Source of the DNA: Azolla caroliniana | Lineage: Eukaryota > Plantae > Polypodiophyta | Assembly (NCBI GenBank): GCA_043228905.1 | Contig: JBHGNT010000005.1 | Coordinates: 15,066,001 to 15,130,000 of the forward strand | Direction: 5' to 3' | Length of the DNA: 64,000 nt | Part shown: positions 61,001 through 64,000 of the stretch, piece after piece | Position numbering within the stretch: position 1 is the stretch's first letter | Layout of the letters: each line of letters opens with the position of its first letter | The notes under the pieces: generated by a model | What the model was told of the DNA's origin: nothing | Seen by the model: the letters and a program-made list of their open reading frames with translations, nothing else | Databases searched by the model: none | Made by a program: the position numbers and the translations under genes

Positions 61001-64000
61001 GCCGCTCACTCAATACTTTCGCTCCGAATCGGATGGGGAACCTCATGCCGTCCACCTCATCCTAATTGACTACGCATCTGATTCTGGTCAGACTCGTGTC
61101 CACCCTCACGTAAACCGGGGAACCTTTCCCGTAGACCACCTTCTTGAGGGCCAGTGCTGTTGTCAGTAGCTTCCGAACTGACTCCGTGTGCTCTTGATTC
61201 CATTCGAATCCATCCAAATGTGGTAAAACGTGCACGCTCCTACGAACCTCTGGACTTCTGTGACCGAATTACATTCTTCCTTCATCGCAGAGATGGCCTC
61301 AACCTTTTCCGGAGAAAATTTCCGGCCGTATGGCCCGGACAAGTGTCCGACCACCAAGATTCTGGATTGCTCAAAAGCCAACTTCTCTCCAAAGAAAGTG
61401 AGTCGGGCTCCTTTGAGCCTCTGTAGTACCTTCTTGCAGTCGTTGATATGATCCACCACAAACCTCTTGCATTTGTCCGGTCCAACCAATTCATCCTTCT
61501 CTTCCACCGGACATCCCTTGATCGGGATATCGTCCAAAAATGGCATGTTGATGTGCGGGATGCGGTCCCTTAGAACCTTGTTCATCGCGTTCACCATGTG
61601 CACTACCGAATTGGTCCCTCCTTGCTGAAGGGTACACATCCGCACTAAGCCGAGGCAGGTCTGCATCATCATGATATCCCTACTCTGTACGACTAGCTGG
61701 AACGATCGTACCCCGAGTACAAATCACCAACCGAATAGATCGACCTTCCGGCGAAGGCCTCCGCGAACTTCAGCCCGATCCCTACGTTCTGAATGGTCAC
61801 TTTATTGACCGGTTGTAGGTCCTGAATGAAGCGCAAGGTGCCGTTCTTCATCAGCACCATAAACCACCAATTTGAATATGGGGCACTCGACAGATTGAGG
61901 ATGCCCATCTCCACCTTCTGTTTCAGCAGCTCCATCAGCTTCGAGATGTGAGCTCTCGGTACTAGGATCGGCTTGAGGTCCCACGACACATGTGGTACAA
62001 TGAAGATAACCATCGGCTCCTAGATGGTCAGGTCGACGCACCCGATCTCCTCCAGCAAGAATACGAAGGCCTTCGCATGCTTCCCGAACATCCTCCGAAA
62101 CTGGTCCTCTTCTACCGGCAATAGGAAGCGACCCCCACCGATCTTCAGCTTCGGTAGGGTCTCGTCGATGAACTGTTGCCCTATGCCGGATGAATCCCAC
62201 AGACTCGGGTCTGGCGCGACCTCTTTCATTTGCTCCTCGCTTCCCCTCCGGCAAGGGAGCCACGACCAGCCTCACCTTCCGGTCCACAGTCTTGTACTTG
62301 GTGTCAACCTAGGCCGTCTTCTCTGACCCAATCATCCCTCCGAATTCCGTGATGACTTCATACATTTCCATGACACTGACCGGAATTACTCGGTCTTCAT
62401 TCAGGCCTTCATTGGCTACCCTTCCGATCTCTTCAAGGGTGATGTCGAAACAGACCACCTCCACGACACCGTTGATCTTTTGTCAGAGCTAAGGGCACCT
62501 CACACCCTTAAACACTCTTCAACCCTCTTCCTTTCCCGATCTCTTACGCCGGTTATAGTACAACCTCCGTTGTTGGAGAACCAAAATTTACTATCTATGG
62601 TACACGTGTGGGGTTTCTCAGGGGTCTTCGAACTATCGCGGCCCCATGCCTTGACCTCTCTAAAAATATTGTCTCGGTCGTTACTGTCAAGAGACTGACG
62701 GTTACGCTCGTGGTTCGGTCACACCGTGGAAAATTGGACAGAGTGACGCCCGTCTTGGTCCTTCACCCGTGTGTACACCAAACCGTTGTCCAGCACTTTG
62801 GTCTCCATACGGGCCGCCGTAATGTATGCTTCGCCAAGAATCACCGGGTGCAAGGAGGTCTCCTGCACGAAAAAGTGTTGATCAATCTTGACATCTCCAA
62901 TCTTCACGCGTGCATTCGGGCACGCCCCGTGTAATTCCTCTGTAGCACATGTGGCCACACATATTCTCTACCCATGCTTGGTATTGATCGTCCATTTCCC
63001 CTTCTTGTAGAAATCCATGGGCATTAGGTTGATTTTGGATACATGGTCTATTAGCGCCACCACCGGTTCCTGAACGTTCCTGATCTGAACGAGAGTCTCC
63101 GTAGTTGCCCTTGCCCAGTGCGGCTTCAAATAGTGGCTCACCGCCACTTCATCTTCCATAATCGCGTCATCCAAGTGCGTCATTCGTACCTCCACCTGCT
63201 TCTCCGTCTCCGGCTCCATTTCGAGCCTGTTGCGCTTCACCAAGTCCATGATGGAGTCGTGGAACTCCTTGACAATCCCTAGTACTTCCCTCACAGTCAG
63301 CTCCGCTGAGCGGTCAAGGATCCATTCTTCAAGCACTTTCCGCAAGTCCTTCGCTCTTTCTATTTCCATTCCCAGCCGGTAACCTGCCGGCTTCGACCTT
63401 TCCTGTGCGCTCTTTCTATTCATCTTTCTTCTTTGGAGCGCTCCGCGTCTCGTACCGATTGGCAGGTCCGGCTCCTTCGCCCTTCCCTGCTCGTTTATCC
63501 TCCACAAAACCTCGTAGTTTTGGCATGCGGCTTCTACAAACCCGGTCTTTTCTTCGACTGGATCATCCCATCCGGTGACCTCTCTGACCCGCCTTTCCAC
63601 GTGGTCCGCTTGCTCCTTCCTTAGCTTAACGCTGGTGAGACCTTCAAGCACCGATAGCCAAAACCCAGAATCCTTTGCCTTCTCGCCGCCATCACCTCCG
63701 ACCTGGATGCCAACCGACGCTAAATAATGGACGGCCTCGGCGTGTCGCACCCTAACTTCTTCCATTGACCGCGTCATCCCGCCCCGACCAGTATTCAATT
63801 CTAGGAGTTTCTGGGTCTCGCATGCATGCACCCGCCCGTTCCATAGGTACACCACGTTACTCCTAAGCGCCTTGGAGAAATCCACCCACTCTCTCCGGAC
63901 ATGGCCGATCGCATCGCACCACACGCATCGTTGATCAACCGGAGGCCTCCGGTCATGTGACTATCCCCCATTATACCTCTGGGCTTGCACGATCTAGAGG
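58015..64000 (-). mobile_element. Non-chromovirus Gypsy (gag-PR-RT-RNase H-INT, PPT, 3' LTR 58015-59353), running off the window
   Basis: HWARATTETLV/ALIDH protease; LRFIQDLQPVN, DLYSGYD and PFLDD RT motifs; YLVLAREDL integrase; PPT GGTGGGGGTGGA at ~59365-59354. Confidence 0.9.
58612..59277 (-). mobile_element. Copia-type solo LTR with a 54-bp tandem array, nested in the Gypsy LTR
   Basis: TGTTG...CAACA termini, perfect 5-bp TSD TTGAG/TTGAG, homologous to LTR 2566-3204. Repeat units start at 59048, 59102 and 59156. Confidence 0.9.

Overview
Plant nuclear DNA, probably from a fern or other seed-free vascular plant (inferred from the transposon types and the microsatellite-rich gene style). 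Most of the window is a deeply nested set of decayed retroelements: Ty1/Copia of at least two lineages, a near-complete chromodomain-bearing Tcn1/Tf1-like Gypsy, several non-chromovirus Gypsy elements with a tRNA-Trp primer site, solo LTRs and LINE 3' ends. One intact host gene sits in an LTR-free island: a two-exon LRR-III receptor-like pseudokinase (29775-31458 + 33830-34464, 772 aa). There is also an intronless, disabled Nop16 retrocopy (45060-45594). The most unusual signal is a tRNA-type RNA polymerase III internal promoter (A box + B box at tRNA spacing) in antisense orientation in the U3 of six LTR copies from about four different LTR families. Other notable signals are a self-priming primer site in the chromovirus, 4-bp ACG(T/C) target sites for the TGTCG...CGACA LTR group, and a conserved post-RNase H extension with a duplicated PPT in one Copia family. 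All alignments and coordinates were read by eye, and lineage names need confirmation by domain phylogeny.
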